This document shows positions 19,455-28,234 of a stretch of DNA of 64,000 bases, in pieces. The first letter of the stretch is position 1. Every line of letters begins with the position of its first letter. The DNA is from Gammaproteobacteria bacterium. GTDB lineage: Bacteria; Pseudomonadota; Gammaproteobacteria; SZUA-229. The notes beneath the pieces are model-generated. The model ran no database searches. It had not been told where the DNA came from and saw only the letters and a program-made list of their open reading frames with translations. The stretch spans positions 17,681-81,680 of the forward strand of contig JAOULC010000002.1 of NCBI GenBank assembly GCA_029882215.1, given 5' to 3'. The position numbers and the translations under genes were made by a program.

Positions 19455-19874
19455 AGCGTCTTCCTTTGTCTTCCTTTGAATAAATATAGTCGTAGCTGTT
19501 TTTGTTGTGCGGTTCATGGTGTGGAAAGCGAAATAAAAATATTGCCTGTATCCATGGCGAATTAAGAAAGTTGCTGGCACAGTTCGCCTGAAGCATATCC
19601 AGCATGAATGTTATAGGATATTTAGCCATATTGGAATGCTTATCAAATGTGTATTGATTAAAGGTTAGGTGATACAGATCAGTGGCTTAATAGCAGACGA
19701 GGAAGCGCTCAATCTATAGCCAGAGCAATACAAGCAGAAAACGATCATCTGTTAGAAATAACCGAACGGAGTTAAATGTTCAATTATTGGATTGAAGTCG
19801 TAAAAAAAATCGACGAAAGAGAACACTGATTCAGTTAAGTGATGGTTTCTCGTAAAATTATGCGGGGTATACTA

Positions 19875-20804
19875 TCAGGAGTTTTGTTTATGGTAGTGTA
19901 ATAACATGCTCAGACCGTCTTTTAATGTGGTATCGGCAATCACTCGAAGTTTTTCATTCATGGTCGCGGGGGACGCAAGTGAATGAATAATATCCCCTTC
20001 ACGTGGTGGTAAAAAGTCTATTTGGGGTGTGAAGTTAGCCAGCTCAGAGAGTGCTTGGATAAGATCTAATAAAGATGTTTTACTGCCAGTAGCAATGTTG
20101 CAGGCACCCTGATGAGTGGCGCGTAATGCAGCTATATTAGCTTTTGCAACATCACTGATATAGATAAAATCGCGAGTGTGTTCACCGTCACCAAATACTG
20201 ATACTGGCTGTTGGTTACTGATTCTGTCGGCGAATAGCGCTATCACACCCGCATATGGTGACTTGGGATCCTGGCGTGGTCCATAGACATTAAAAAAACG
20301 CTGGCCCTGTGAAGATAAGCCGTAAAGGTAGTGAAAGAGTTCAGCGTACTGTTCGTTAACGGCTTTCTCAAGCCCATAGGGTGAAAGCTGTTTCATCGGT
20401 GCGCTTTCGGTTAATGGTAGCTCAGATGGTTCTCCGTATATGGCGGCAGATGAAGCATATACCAGCCTGTCGATATTGTGTTTATGTGCGCTGCTAATAA
20501 CATTGACGAAGCCAAGAATATTTTGTTGAGCAGAAAATGCAGGGTCTGCAAGCGAGTTAACAACGGATACCTGGGCGGCCAGATTTAAACAATGACTCAC
20601 GTCTTTCATGCACTGGTCGACTATACTGGCATCACAGATATCGCCTTCTATAAATTCAAGCAGGTCATGTTCGACTGGCAAATTGTGGCGGAAACCGGAA
20701 GATAAGTTATCGAGAACACGAACCGGGGTGTTTTGTTGTAATAATAAATCCACAGTATGTGAACCTATGAATCCTGCGCCGCCTGTTACCAGTACTTTTT
20801 TCAT
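19875..20804 (-). CDS. NAD-dependent epimerase/dehydratase (UDP-sugar 4-epimerase-like SDR)
   Basis: It has a GGAGFIGSH Rossmann motif, a YxxxK catalytic region (SPYGLEK) and a 309 aa length. Confidence 0.85.
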   Translation of the reverse strand: MKKVLVTGGAGFIGSHTVDLLLQQNTPVRVLDNLSSGFRHNLPVEHDLLEFIEGDICDASIVDQCMKDVSHCLNLAAQVSVVNSLADPAFSAQQNILGFVNVISSAHKHNIDRLVYASSAAIYGEPSELPLTESAPMKQLSPYGLEKAVNEQYAELFHYLYGLSSQGQRFFNVYGPRQDPKSPYAGVIALFADRISNQQPVSVFGDGEHTRDFIYISDVAKANIAALRATHQGACNIATGSKTSLLDLIQALSELANFTPQIDFLPPREGDIIHSLASPATMNEKLRVIADTTLKDGLSMLLHYHKQNS

Positions 20805-20952
20805 GATATCTGAAGTCCATTATCGATAATTTTTTGTTTATATATTTATTTCAATTAATTATATAGGATAGGATTAACAGAAGATATTTAAAATCCAATA
20901 GAAATTTTATTGAGATATACATAAATATAATAATAAATTCGGCATAAATGCC

Positions 20953-23298
20953 GTGGTGTTGCCTTATATGCGTTTAATTAATACTAAGCAGGTTCTCTTT
21001 TTTGGCTTTGGCTCAATCTTTATCTTAATGGTTTTAATTGGCGTTATTGCATCTGATCAAATGCACATGACTTTTAAAAGTATTGAGCATATTGTTAAAG
21101 ATAATAATATAAAAACGGGTCTAGTGAGTGTCATGCTGGTATCGGCCCGAGAACGGACAATAAGTCTGCAGAAAATGACCAGAATGGACGATCCGTTTGA
21201 GCGGGATGATGAATGGATGCGCTTTAATAGCCATGGTGCAAAATTCATGACGGCGAGAATGCAGTTTATAGACCTTGGAACAACTCCCGAAGAAGAAGCT
21301 ATTTTGACTCAGCAGGGAATGCTGACCAGTAGAGTGGTTCCTGTGCAGATAAAAATTGCCAGAATGGCTGTAGCTGGTCAGTTTTTGGAAGCAGAAGAGA
21401 TGCTCAGGAATCTTGCTATTCCGGATCAGGATCAGGTATTTGTTCATCTGTATAAATTATTAAACCTGTTGGAATATGAGTCAAATCAGACACTACAGGA
21501 TATTTCTGAGCAGATTGAAAATACCGAACAGAACTTAATATCTGCTATTTTAATTATAATCCTTGGTTGTGCTGCTATTGCGATAGCTGTTTTTCGGCGG
21601 ATTCGTGCGGCGGAAATAAAACTGTCACGTGAAAAAGAACGTGCTCAGGTAACCTTGCATTCAATTGGCGACGCGGTTATCACAACGGATGAAAAAGGCC
21701 ATATAAAATACATGAATGCACTGGCTGAGGAATTAACAGAAAGTCACCTGGCAAAGGTGGTTAATAAGAAAATATCTAAAATTTTTGCAATTGTTTCTGA
21801 TGCCAGTGAAACATTGCTGAGCAATCCTGTGCTGGACGTTTTACATAATCATACTGCTCATGGTTCAGATGGTCATGCAATAATGATGCTTCCATCCAGT
21901 GTGAAATACGCCATAGAATATACGGCCTCACCAATATTTGATAAGGAAAATGTGCTGGTTGGCGTGGTGCTGGTGTTCAGAGATGTTACTGATATGAGAG
22001 CAATGGCTTTGCAACTTGGATATCAGGCTAGCCATGATGAACTGACGGGACTGATCAACAGGCGGGAATTCGAAAGCCGGGTTGAAATGGCATTGATGTC
22101 TGCGCGAGGTGAAAATATTCAGCATGCAATGTGTTATATCGATCTTGATCAGTTCAAAGTTGTTAATGATACTTGCGGTCATGTTGCCGGCGATGAACTT
22201 TTACGGCAGCTATCGACTTTATTAAAAACAGTTGTTCGTTCTGGTGATACGCTGGCCCGGTTAGGTGGAGATGAGTTCGGTGTACTGTATATGAGTTGCT
22301 CAGTAGAAAAAGCAAAGCAACTAGCAGAAAAATTACGAACAGTAGTCAATAATTTCCAGTTTCACTGGGAGAACAAATCCTTTTCTGTCGGTGTTAGTAT
22401 GGGCCTGGTCCCGGTTGATAAGCACAGTAATTTACATGGATTACTGAGTGTGGCTGATTCTGCATGCTATGTAGCTAAGGATGAAGGCAGAAACAGAATA
22501 CATATTTTCGATGACGATGACGGAATTATTGCAGAGCGAAAGGGGCAGATGCAATGGGTTCATAAGATAACCAGTGCACTGGAAAGTGGTCGCTTCGAAG
22601 TCTATGGCCAAAAAATGTTAGCCTTTGATTCAGCACTGGCAACTCATTTTGAAATGCTGATACGCATGCTTGATGAAGACGGTGGCGTTATTTCTCCGCT
22701 GGCATTTATCCCAGCGGCAGAGCGTTATAATTTAATGATCTGGGTGGATCGCTGGATGATTCGTCATTCTTTTATCAGCATCAGGCATCTGATAAATACA
22801 GGTCAGAAAAGTTCCTTGCTGTTTTCTATTAACGTTTCTGCCCAGTCATTGTGTGATGATGATTTTCTGCCATATGTCCAGGATCAGTTAAGGGAAACCG
22901 GGCTTGATCCGTCATTAATCTGTTTTGAAATTACAGAAACCAGCGCGATTGTAAACCTGACGCGCGCTCAGCATTTTATGACGACACTAAAAGAAATGGG
23001 GTGTTATTTTTCACTGGATGATTTTGGCAGTGGTCTTAGTTCATTTAGCTATCTCAAAAATTTACAGGTGGATTTTTTGAAAATTGACGGTACATTTATC
23101 AGAGACATTATTGATGATCCGATTGACAGGGCAATGGTGGAAGCCATTAATCAGGTTGGACATATTATGGGAATCAAAACAATTGCGGAATATGTTGAGT
23201 CGCCTGAAACACTTGAATTGCTAAGAGATATGGGTGTCGATTTTGTGCAAGGGTTTGCGGTGGCCGCTCCAGTTCCAGTTGCAGAAATTGTTTTATAA
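20953..23298 (+). CDS. Sensor diguanylate cyclase/phosphodiesterase (2TM periplasmic sensor-PAS-GGDEF-EAL)
   Basis: Two TM helices flank a roughly 170 aa periplasmic region, followed by a PAS domain. The GGDEF motif is intact (RLGGDEFGVLY). The EAL domain carries an EML variant (HFEMLIRM) alongside EITET and DDFGSG motifs. Confidence 0.85.
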   Translation: MVLPYMRLINTKQVLFFGFGSIFILMVLIGVIASDQMHMTFKSIEHIVKDNNIKTGLVSVMLVSARERTISLQKMTRMDDPFERDDEWMRFNSHGAKFMTARMQFIDLGTTPEEEAILTQQGMLTSRVVPVQIKIARMAVAGQFLEAEEMLRNLAIPDQDQVFVHLYKLLNLLEYESNQTLQDISEQIENTEQNLISAILIIILGCAAIAIAVFRRIRAAEIKLSREKERAQVTLHSIGDAVITTDEKGHIKYMNALAEELTESHLAKVVNKKISKIFAIVSDASETLLSNPVLDVLHNHTAHGSDGHAIMMLPSSVKYAIEYTASPIFDKENVLVGVVLVFRDVTDMRAMALQLGYQASHDELTGLINRREFESRVEMALMSARGENIQHAMCYIDLDQFKVVNDTCGHVAGDELLRQLSTLLKTVVRSGDTLARLGGDEFGVLYMSCSVEKAKQLAEKLRTVVNNFQFHWENKSFSVGVSMGLVPVDKHSNLHGLLSVADSACYVAKDEGRNRIHIFDDDDGIIAERKGQMQWVHKITSALESGRFEVYGQKMLAFDSALATHFEMLIRMLDEDGGVISPLAFIPAAERYNLMIWVDRWMIRHSFISIRHLINTGQKSSLLFSINVSAQSLCDDDFLPYVQDQLRETGLDPSLICFEITETSAIVNLTRAQHFMTTLKEMGCYFSLDDFGSGLSSFSYLKNLQVDFLKIDGTFIRDIIDDPIDRAMVEAINQVGHIMGIKTIAEYVESPETLELLRDMGVDFVQGFAVAAPVPVAEIVL

Positions 23299-23515
23299 AG
23301 AGTGATTCAGCCGCGATTAACAGTTAAATACTGGGGATTTATGTGGATGTTCATTACCGCCTGTAAAGCGACATAGATCGATAAAGTCCCGCAACCCTAG
23401 ATACTTCATTCGGTAAAGGGTTAATAAAACAGCAAAATGTGTTGTTTTGCTTCATTCCAGAACTAAAAATGGTTAAAATAGGTTGTTTTTCCAGCGCCAA
23501 GCGCGGAGAGACTGA

Positions 23516-24019
23516 ATGTCTGACAAAGAAAATATCAAAGTGGGTCTGGTCATGGGTAGTAACAGTGACTGGCCAACCATGCAAAAAGCAGCAGAACAAC
23601 TGGATGCCTTTGGCATTGCCTATGAGGCAAAAGTCGTTTCGGCTCATCGCACCCCTGATTTGCTATTTGAATACGCGGCGACAGCACGCGAACGCGGCCT
23701 TGCCTGTATTATCGCCGGTGCCGGTGGTGCTGCGCACCTGCCGGGCATGCTGGCGGCGAAAACGACACTGCCTGTGCTGGGTGTGCCGGTTTCATCACGC
23801 CATTTAAAAGGCATGGATTCTTTATTATCCATTGTGCAAATGCCAAAAGGCATTCCTGTGGCTACCTTTGCTATCGGTGAAGCCGGTGCGGCGAATGCGG
23901 GTTTGTATGCGGTTTCAATTTTATCTGTCACAGATGCTGCTCTTGCCGATAAGCTTGATGCCTTCCGCAAGGAACAGGAACAAATGGTATTTGCGATGGA
24001 GCTGGAACCGCTGGCATGA
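23516..24019 (+). CDS. purE: N5-carboxyaminoimidazole ribonucleotide mutase
   Basis: The PurE core is present ([18 protein letters not shown]...[10 protein letters not shown]) in 167 aa. Confidence 0.95.
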   Translation: MSDKENIKVGLVMGSNSDWPTMQKAAEQLDAFGIAYEAKVVSAHRTPDLLFEYAATARERGLACIIAGAGGAAHLPGMLAAKTTLPVLGVPVSSRHLKGMDSLLSIVQMPKGIPVATFAIGEAGAANAGLYAVSILSVTDAALADKLDAFRKEQEQMVFAMELEPLA

Positions 24020-25143
24020 GTAATAACATGATCTTACCCGGTGCAACAATTGGTGTTTTAGGTGGCGGTCAGTTAGGACGTATGTTCGTGGTCGCTGCCC
24101 GTACGATGGGTTATAAAACAGTTGTACTGGATCCTGATAAAGACAGTCCTGCCGGTTTGATTGCCGACCAGCACATCTGTAGTGACTATGAAGATGCAGC
24201 GGGTTTGGCGCAAATGGCTGTACTTTGCGATGCTGTTACCACAGAGTTTGAAAATGTCCCTGCTGACAGTTTAAGAGCACTGGCAAAATCCTGTTTTGTC
24301 TCACCATCGGCCGAAGCGGTTGAAATTGCACAAAACCGTGGCCGTGAAAAAAACTATGCTCGCCAGGCCGGCTTAGAGACTGCACCTTTTAAAACAATTT
24401 TATCTGCGGATGATATTGCGGCGGCAGCTGAAATTACCGGTTTTCCTGCTATTTTAAAATTATCATCGCTGGGTTACGACGGTAAAGGTCAGGCGATTGT
24501 TAACTCGGTTGACGAGATTACAGAAAAATTCAAAGAGTTTGCTTCAGTTGAATGTGTACTGGAAAAAATGCTGGATTTAAAACAGGAAGTTTCTGTCATC
24601 CTCGGGCGTAATTCTGATGGTGATGTTGCCGTTTTTCCTGTTGCTGAAAATGTTCACGTTAATGGTATTCTGCATACCTCAACAGTGCCAGCTAATGTTT
24701 CGGCTGAGATCACTGAACAGGCGCGCGCACTGGCGAAAGCACTGGCTGACTCCCTGAACTATGTCGGTATACTGGCGGTGGAGTTTTTCATTACCGGTGA
24801 TAACCGACTGGTGTTTAATGAGATGGCACCGCGGCCGCATAACAGCGGTCACTATACGTTAGACGCGACCGTCACTTCACAGTATGAACAACAGGTGCGC
24901 AGTCTGTGTGGATTACCGGTTGGCGATGCAAGGTTAACTTCAGCGGTTGTTATGGTGAACTTACTGGGTGATTTATGGCCGCTTGACTGGACTAAACTGC
25001 TTGCGGAAAAAGGACTGAAGTTACATCTTTATGGTAAAGAAGAAGCACGCCCCGGCAGAAAGATGGGGCACTATAATGTGCTGGCTGAATCCGTGGGACA
25101 GGCTAAAGAAATAGCTGACAATGTTTTTAAAATCATTAGCTGA
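24016..25143 (+). CDS. purK: N5-carboxyaminoimidazole ribonucleotide synthase
   Basis: It has an ATP-grasp fold with the GGGQLGRM N-terminus and overlaps the purE stop by 4 nt. Confidence 0.9.
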   Translation: MSNNMILPGATIGVLGGGQLGRMFVVAARTMGYKTVVLDPDKDSPAGLIADQHICSDYEDAAGLAQMAVLCDAVTTEFENVPADSLRALAKSCFVSPSAEAVEIAQNRGREKNYARQAGLETAPFKTILSADDIAAAAEITGFPAILKLSSLGYDGKGQAIVNSVDEITEKFKEFASVECVLEKMLDLKQEVSVILGRNSDGDVAVFPVAENVHVNGILHTSTVPANVSAEITEQARALAKALADSLNYVGILAVEFFITGDNRLVFNEMAPRPHNSGHYTLDATVTSQYEQQVRSLCGLPVGDARLTSAVVMVNLLGDLWPLDWTKLLAEKGLKLHLYGKEEARPGRKMGHYNVLAESVGQAKEIADNVFKIIS

Positions 25144-25243
25144 TTTTTCAAAGTAAAAAGCCACACCACAGGGAGTACGAAAGGCACAGAGTTTAAAATA
25201 TATCGTTTTTCTCTGTGACCTCCGTGGTAAAAATATTTTTCAG

Positions 25244-25828
25244 TTAGTGTAAGTCTTCCATTAAGGTTGTTCTGATTTTTTCATCAGTGATATCAACTTT
25301 CACTGTATAAGCCGGGTGATCAATGCCCATGCTTAATCCTTTGCCATTTCTTAGTGCGGCAATCATTTCATCCGTTAATTCAAAGCGCATAAAATGAACC
25401 GATGATGTTTTTTCCTCTGTGTTACGTTCCAGGTCTTCATCAGCAATCGCCCAGACCGGATCAAAGCCTTCGACCAGTACATAAACCTTTTCTTCGATGT
25501 TGATCATCTTTGCTAAAGCCGCCTTACGATCGTTTTCATCTGAAAACTCGATCATAAACGTGGCCTTCCAGTTTTTACCGTCAGGTATCATCGGGTTATA
25601 GGCTGCGAGTTCTTCTTCGATGCCTTCTTTATCAAATATTTTTTCGATCCTCAGCATTTCCTGAACCTGATAACGCATGGTCAGTTCGCTTTCAAAATAT
25701 AGTGTGGCATTATCACCAAGAAAAATACGGCGCTTCTTTTTATGCTGCATGACTTTCTGCCGGTACTCCGGCCGCATTTCAGCATACTGTTCAAGTGAAT
25801 AAAGGTTGTCTCTGCTTAATTTACTCAT
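25244..25828 (-). CDS. DUF3501-family protein
   Basis: The 194 aa acidic protein is the last gene of a triad with a CCG-domain Fe-S oxidoreductase and rubrerythrin, the recurrent context of DUF3501. No catalytic motifs are recognisable. Confidence 0.5.
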   Translation of the reverse strand: MSKLSRDNLYSLEQYAEMRPEYRQKVMQHKKKRRIFLGDNATLYFESELTMRYQVQEMLRIEKIFDKEGIEEELAAYNPMIPDGKNWKATFMIEFSDENDRKAALAKMINIEEKVYVLVEGFDPVWAIADEDLERNTEEKTSSVHFMRFELTDEMIAALRNGKGLSMGIDHPAYTVKVDITDEKIRTTLMEDLH

Positions 25829-25852
25829 GTTTATATCCTGTTAACATGCGGC

Positions 25853-27202
25853 TTAAATGCCGTATGCCAGTCGTAATAATGTTAATGGATGTTCCGGTTC
25901 TTTATCATCAATGCCATTAGCAATCTGATGACCTGCCATCGGGCAGTCGCTACCGTAGTGATCGGCTTCAGCCTGTTTAACGCGGTTAATCACCGGTTTG
26001 GCAATTTTCATTGAAATATCGTGAAATTCTTTTTTCACAGCATAAGTGCCATCATGGCCTGAACATCGCTCGATGGCTGTGATTTCAGTGTCTTGAATTA
26101 GCTGCAGAATGTCGCGGGTTTTCATACCAACATTCTGTACGCGTTGATGGCAGGCGACATGATAAGCCACCTTGCCCAGTGAGTTTTTGAATTCGGTGTT
26201 TAATTCACCGGCTTTATGCCGCAGCATTAAATATTCAAACGGATCAAAGAAGGCTTTGCCTACCTTTTGCACATCGGCATCGTCAGGAAACAATAAAGGC
26301 AGTTCCTGTTTGAACATCAGTGCACAAGAGGGTACCGGTGCAATCAGGTCGTAACCCTCATCCACCATTTTTGCCAGCATCGGGATGTTATGTTTTTTTG
26401 CGACTTCAACGGCTTCCAGATCACCGGATTCCATCTTTGGCATGCCGCAACATTTTGCATCGCTGACAAAAGTGACAGGTATTTTATTGTGCTCGAAAAC
26501 GGCAACTAAATCTTCACCTAAATGCGGCTCATTATATTCACCATAACAAGTACCAAATAAAGCCACTTTACCGGTGGTGCTATCGGTGGCTTTTACTTCG
26601 CTGAGCGAGTGATGATTTTTCAGGCGCTTGCTTAAAGTCTTTGAGTGGTACTCTGGTAAGTGCGCTGATTTATGGATACCCAGTGTACTGTCAAGCACGG
26701 CACGTGTTGCCGGTATTTTGTTCACAAAGTTAACCATCTGGCTAACCACCGGTGTGCTCATGGTTTTACCAATAGCATCGGTACTGCTGAGTAATTTATT
26801 ACGGAATGAGGTGCCGTTTTTCTTGTGATCTATGGCTTTGGCACGCAACATTAAATGCGGAAAATCAAGCTGCCATTCGTGAGGTGGAATATAAGGGCAC
26901 TTGGTTAAGAAACACAGATCACAGAGATAGCAGTGATCAACCACTTTCATATAATCATTTTTATCAACACCATCAACTTCCATGGTGGGTGATTCATCGA
27001 CCAGATCAAACAGGGTAGGAAATGCGTGGCATAAACTGACGCAGCGGCGGCATCCGTGACAAATATCAAACACCCGTTCAAGCTCATGATTTAATAACTC
27101 TTCGTTATAAAAATCAGGGTTTTTCCAGTCAATCGGGTGGCGTGTAGGGGCTTCTAAACTACCTTCGCGGGCCATGTGTCTGTTCCTTGCAGTATTATTC
27201 AA
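25853..27202 (-). CDS. Fe-S oxidoreductase (HdrD/GlpC-like): 4Fe-4S dicluster plus two cysteine-rich CCG domains
   Basis: Two ferredoxin-like CxxCxxC...CP motifs are present (CHGCRRCVSLC; CYLCDLCFLTKCPY), along with CCG-domain motifs (AKCCGMP, CSGHDG). Confidence 0.75.
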   Translation of the reverse strand: MNNTARNRHMAREGSLEAPTRHPIDWKNPDFYNEELLNHELERVFDICHGCRRCVSLCHAFPTLFDLVDESPTMEVDGVDKNDYMKVVDHCYLCDLCFLTKCPYIPPHEWQLDFPHLMLRAKAIDHKKNGTSFRNKLLSSTDAIGKTMSTPVVSQMVNFVNKIPATRAVLDSTLGIHKSAHLPEYHSKTLSKRLKNHHSLSEVKATDSTTGKVALFGTCYGEYNEPHLGEDLVAVFEHNKIPVTFVSDAKCCGMPKMESGDLEAVEVAKKHNIPMLAKMVDEGYDLIAPVPSCALMFKQELPLLFPDDADVQKVGKAFFDPFEYLMLRHKAGELNTEFKNSLGKVAYHVACHQRVQNVGMKTRDILQLIQDTEITAIERCSGHDGTYAVKKEFHDISMKIAKPVINRVKQAEADHYGSDCPMAGHQIANGIDDKEPEHPLTLLRLAYGI

Positions 27203-27258
27203 ATGAGAAATGCGGAGTCAGCATTGACCCCGCATATTCCTGTCGCTAATCGAATGAA

Positions 27259-27678
27259 TTAGGCGTCAAGATTGTCCAGTGCTTTCTGGAAACGGTTAGC
27301 GTGTGAACGCTCAGCTTTAGCCAGTGTTTCGAACCAGTCAGCAATTTCGTCAAAGCCTTCTTCGCGAGCATCTTTAGCCATACCAGGGTACATATCAGTG
27401 TACTCGTGAGTTTCGCCAGCAATTGATGCTTTCAGGTTGTCTGAAGTTGAACCAATTGGCAGACCTGTTGCCGGATCGCCAGACGCTTCTAAATACTCAA
27501 GGTGACCGTGAGCATGACCTGTCTCACCTTCAGCAGTAGAACGGAAAACAGTTGAAACATCGTTATAACCCTCAACGTCCGCTTTTGCTGCGAAGTACAG
27601 GTAACGACGGTTGGCTTGTGATTCACCTGCAAAAGCATCTTTCAGGTGTTGTTCTGTTTTACTTCCTTTTAGTTCCAT
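27259..27678 (-). CDS. Rubrerythrin-family diiron protein with no rubredoxin domain
   Basis: Ferritin-like diiron ligand pattern is present (E...ExxH repeated: [29 protein letters not shown]) in 139 aa. Confidence 0.8.
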   Translation of the reverse strand: MELKGSKTEQHLKDAFAGESQANRRYLYFAAKADVEGYNDVSTVFRSTAEGETGHAHGHLEYLEASGDPATGLPIGSTSDNLKASIAGETHEYTDMYPGMAKDAREEGFDEIADWFETLAKAERSHANRFQKALDNLDA

Positions 27679-28234
27679 TGGGTTTCTCCCCTTAATGTTG
27701 TTAAATTGTATTAGAGCTGTAAAACAATAGTTTAAATCAGGTTGATTGCAAAATTGTTATTCCCTATCAAGACAATAGATAAAAGCTATCAGAACAAGGT
27801 TTGTAATAAACATATTATAGTTTTCTAATGAATAGGTTTGAGGTGGTTTATCAAGTTATTTAAAAGTCCTTAAAAACTGACTGTTTGCATAACTGATTGA
27901 TATTAAAGTAAATTTAAAATATATATTTGTTTTATGACGAACTATGTGGCATGGAGTTTGACTTTTAAGAAACAAACTCCAGAAAGATGGCCGATTTTTC
28001 ATAAAATAGCCGCTTAATGCTGAAATCAGGCTTTAATTAAGGAAAAGTTTTGCAGCTTAAAAATCAACCTGATTTTATTTTGTCTTCATAAGTTATTGAT
28101 ATATTTATAACTTATTACTGGTGTTCTGTTATTAGCCTGAAAGTATTGACCTTGGTCGGCAAAAGCGACAAGATAGCGAACACTTAAAACCCATACTATT
28201 GAGTGGATGGGTCGTATATAAAGAGGTAGCAGTT

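Noticed and set aside
19455-19478. The tandem direct repeat GTCTTCCTTTG x2 immediately upstream (on the minus strand) of the DUF1800 start
   Set aside because: Only two copies are present. The most likely explanation is a duplicated Shine-Dalgarno-like AAGGAAG, with no evidence of a CRISPR or VNTR array.
22620-22660. The EAL domain of the GGDEF-EAL protein reads E-M-L (HFEMLIRM), considered as a sign of an inactive phosphodiesterase
   Set aside because: The catalytic Glu and the downstream EITET, DDFGSG and KIDG motifs are intact. E-x-L variants such as EVL and ETL are active in characterised enzymes, so there is no basis to call it degenerate.
23431-23450. The palindrome GCAAAA-N7-TTTTGC upstream of purEK, considered as a PurR box
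   Set aside because: The PurR operator is a contiguous 16-bp palindrome (ACGCAAACGTTTGCGT) with no 7-nt spacer. The half-sites match only partially, and purEK is not PurR-regulated in most non-enteric gammaproteobacteria.
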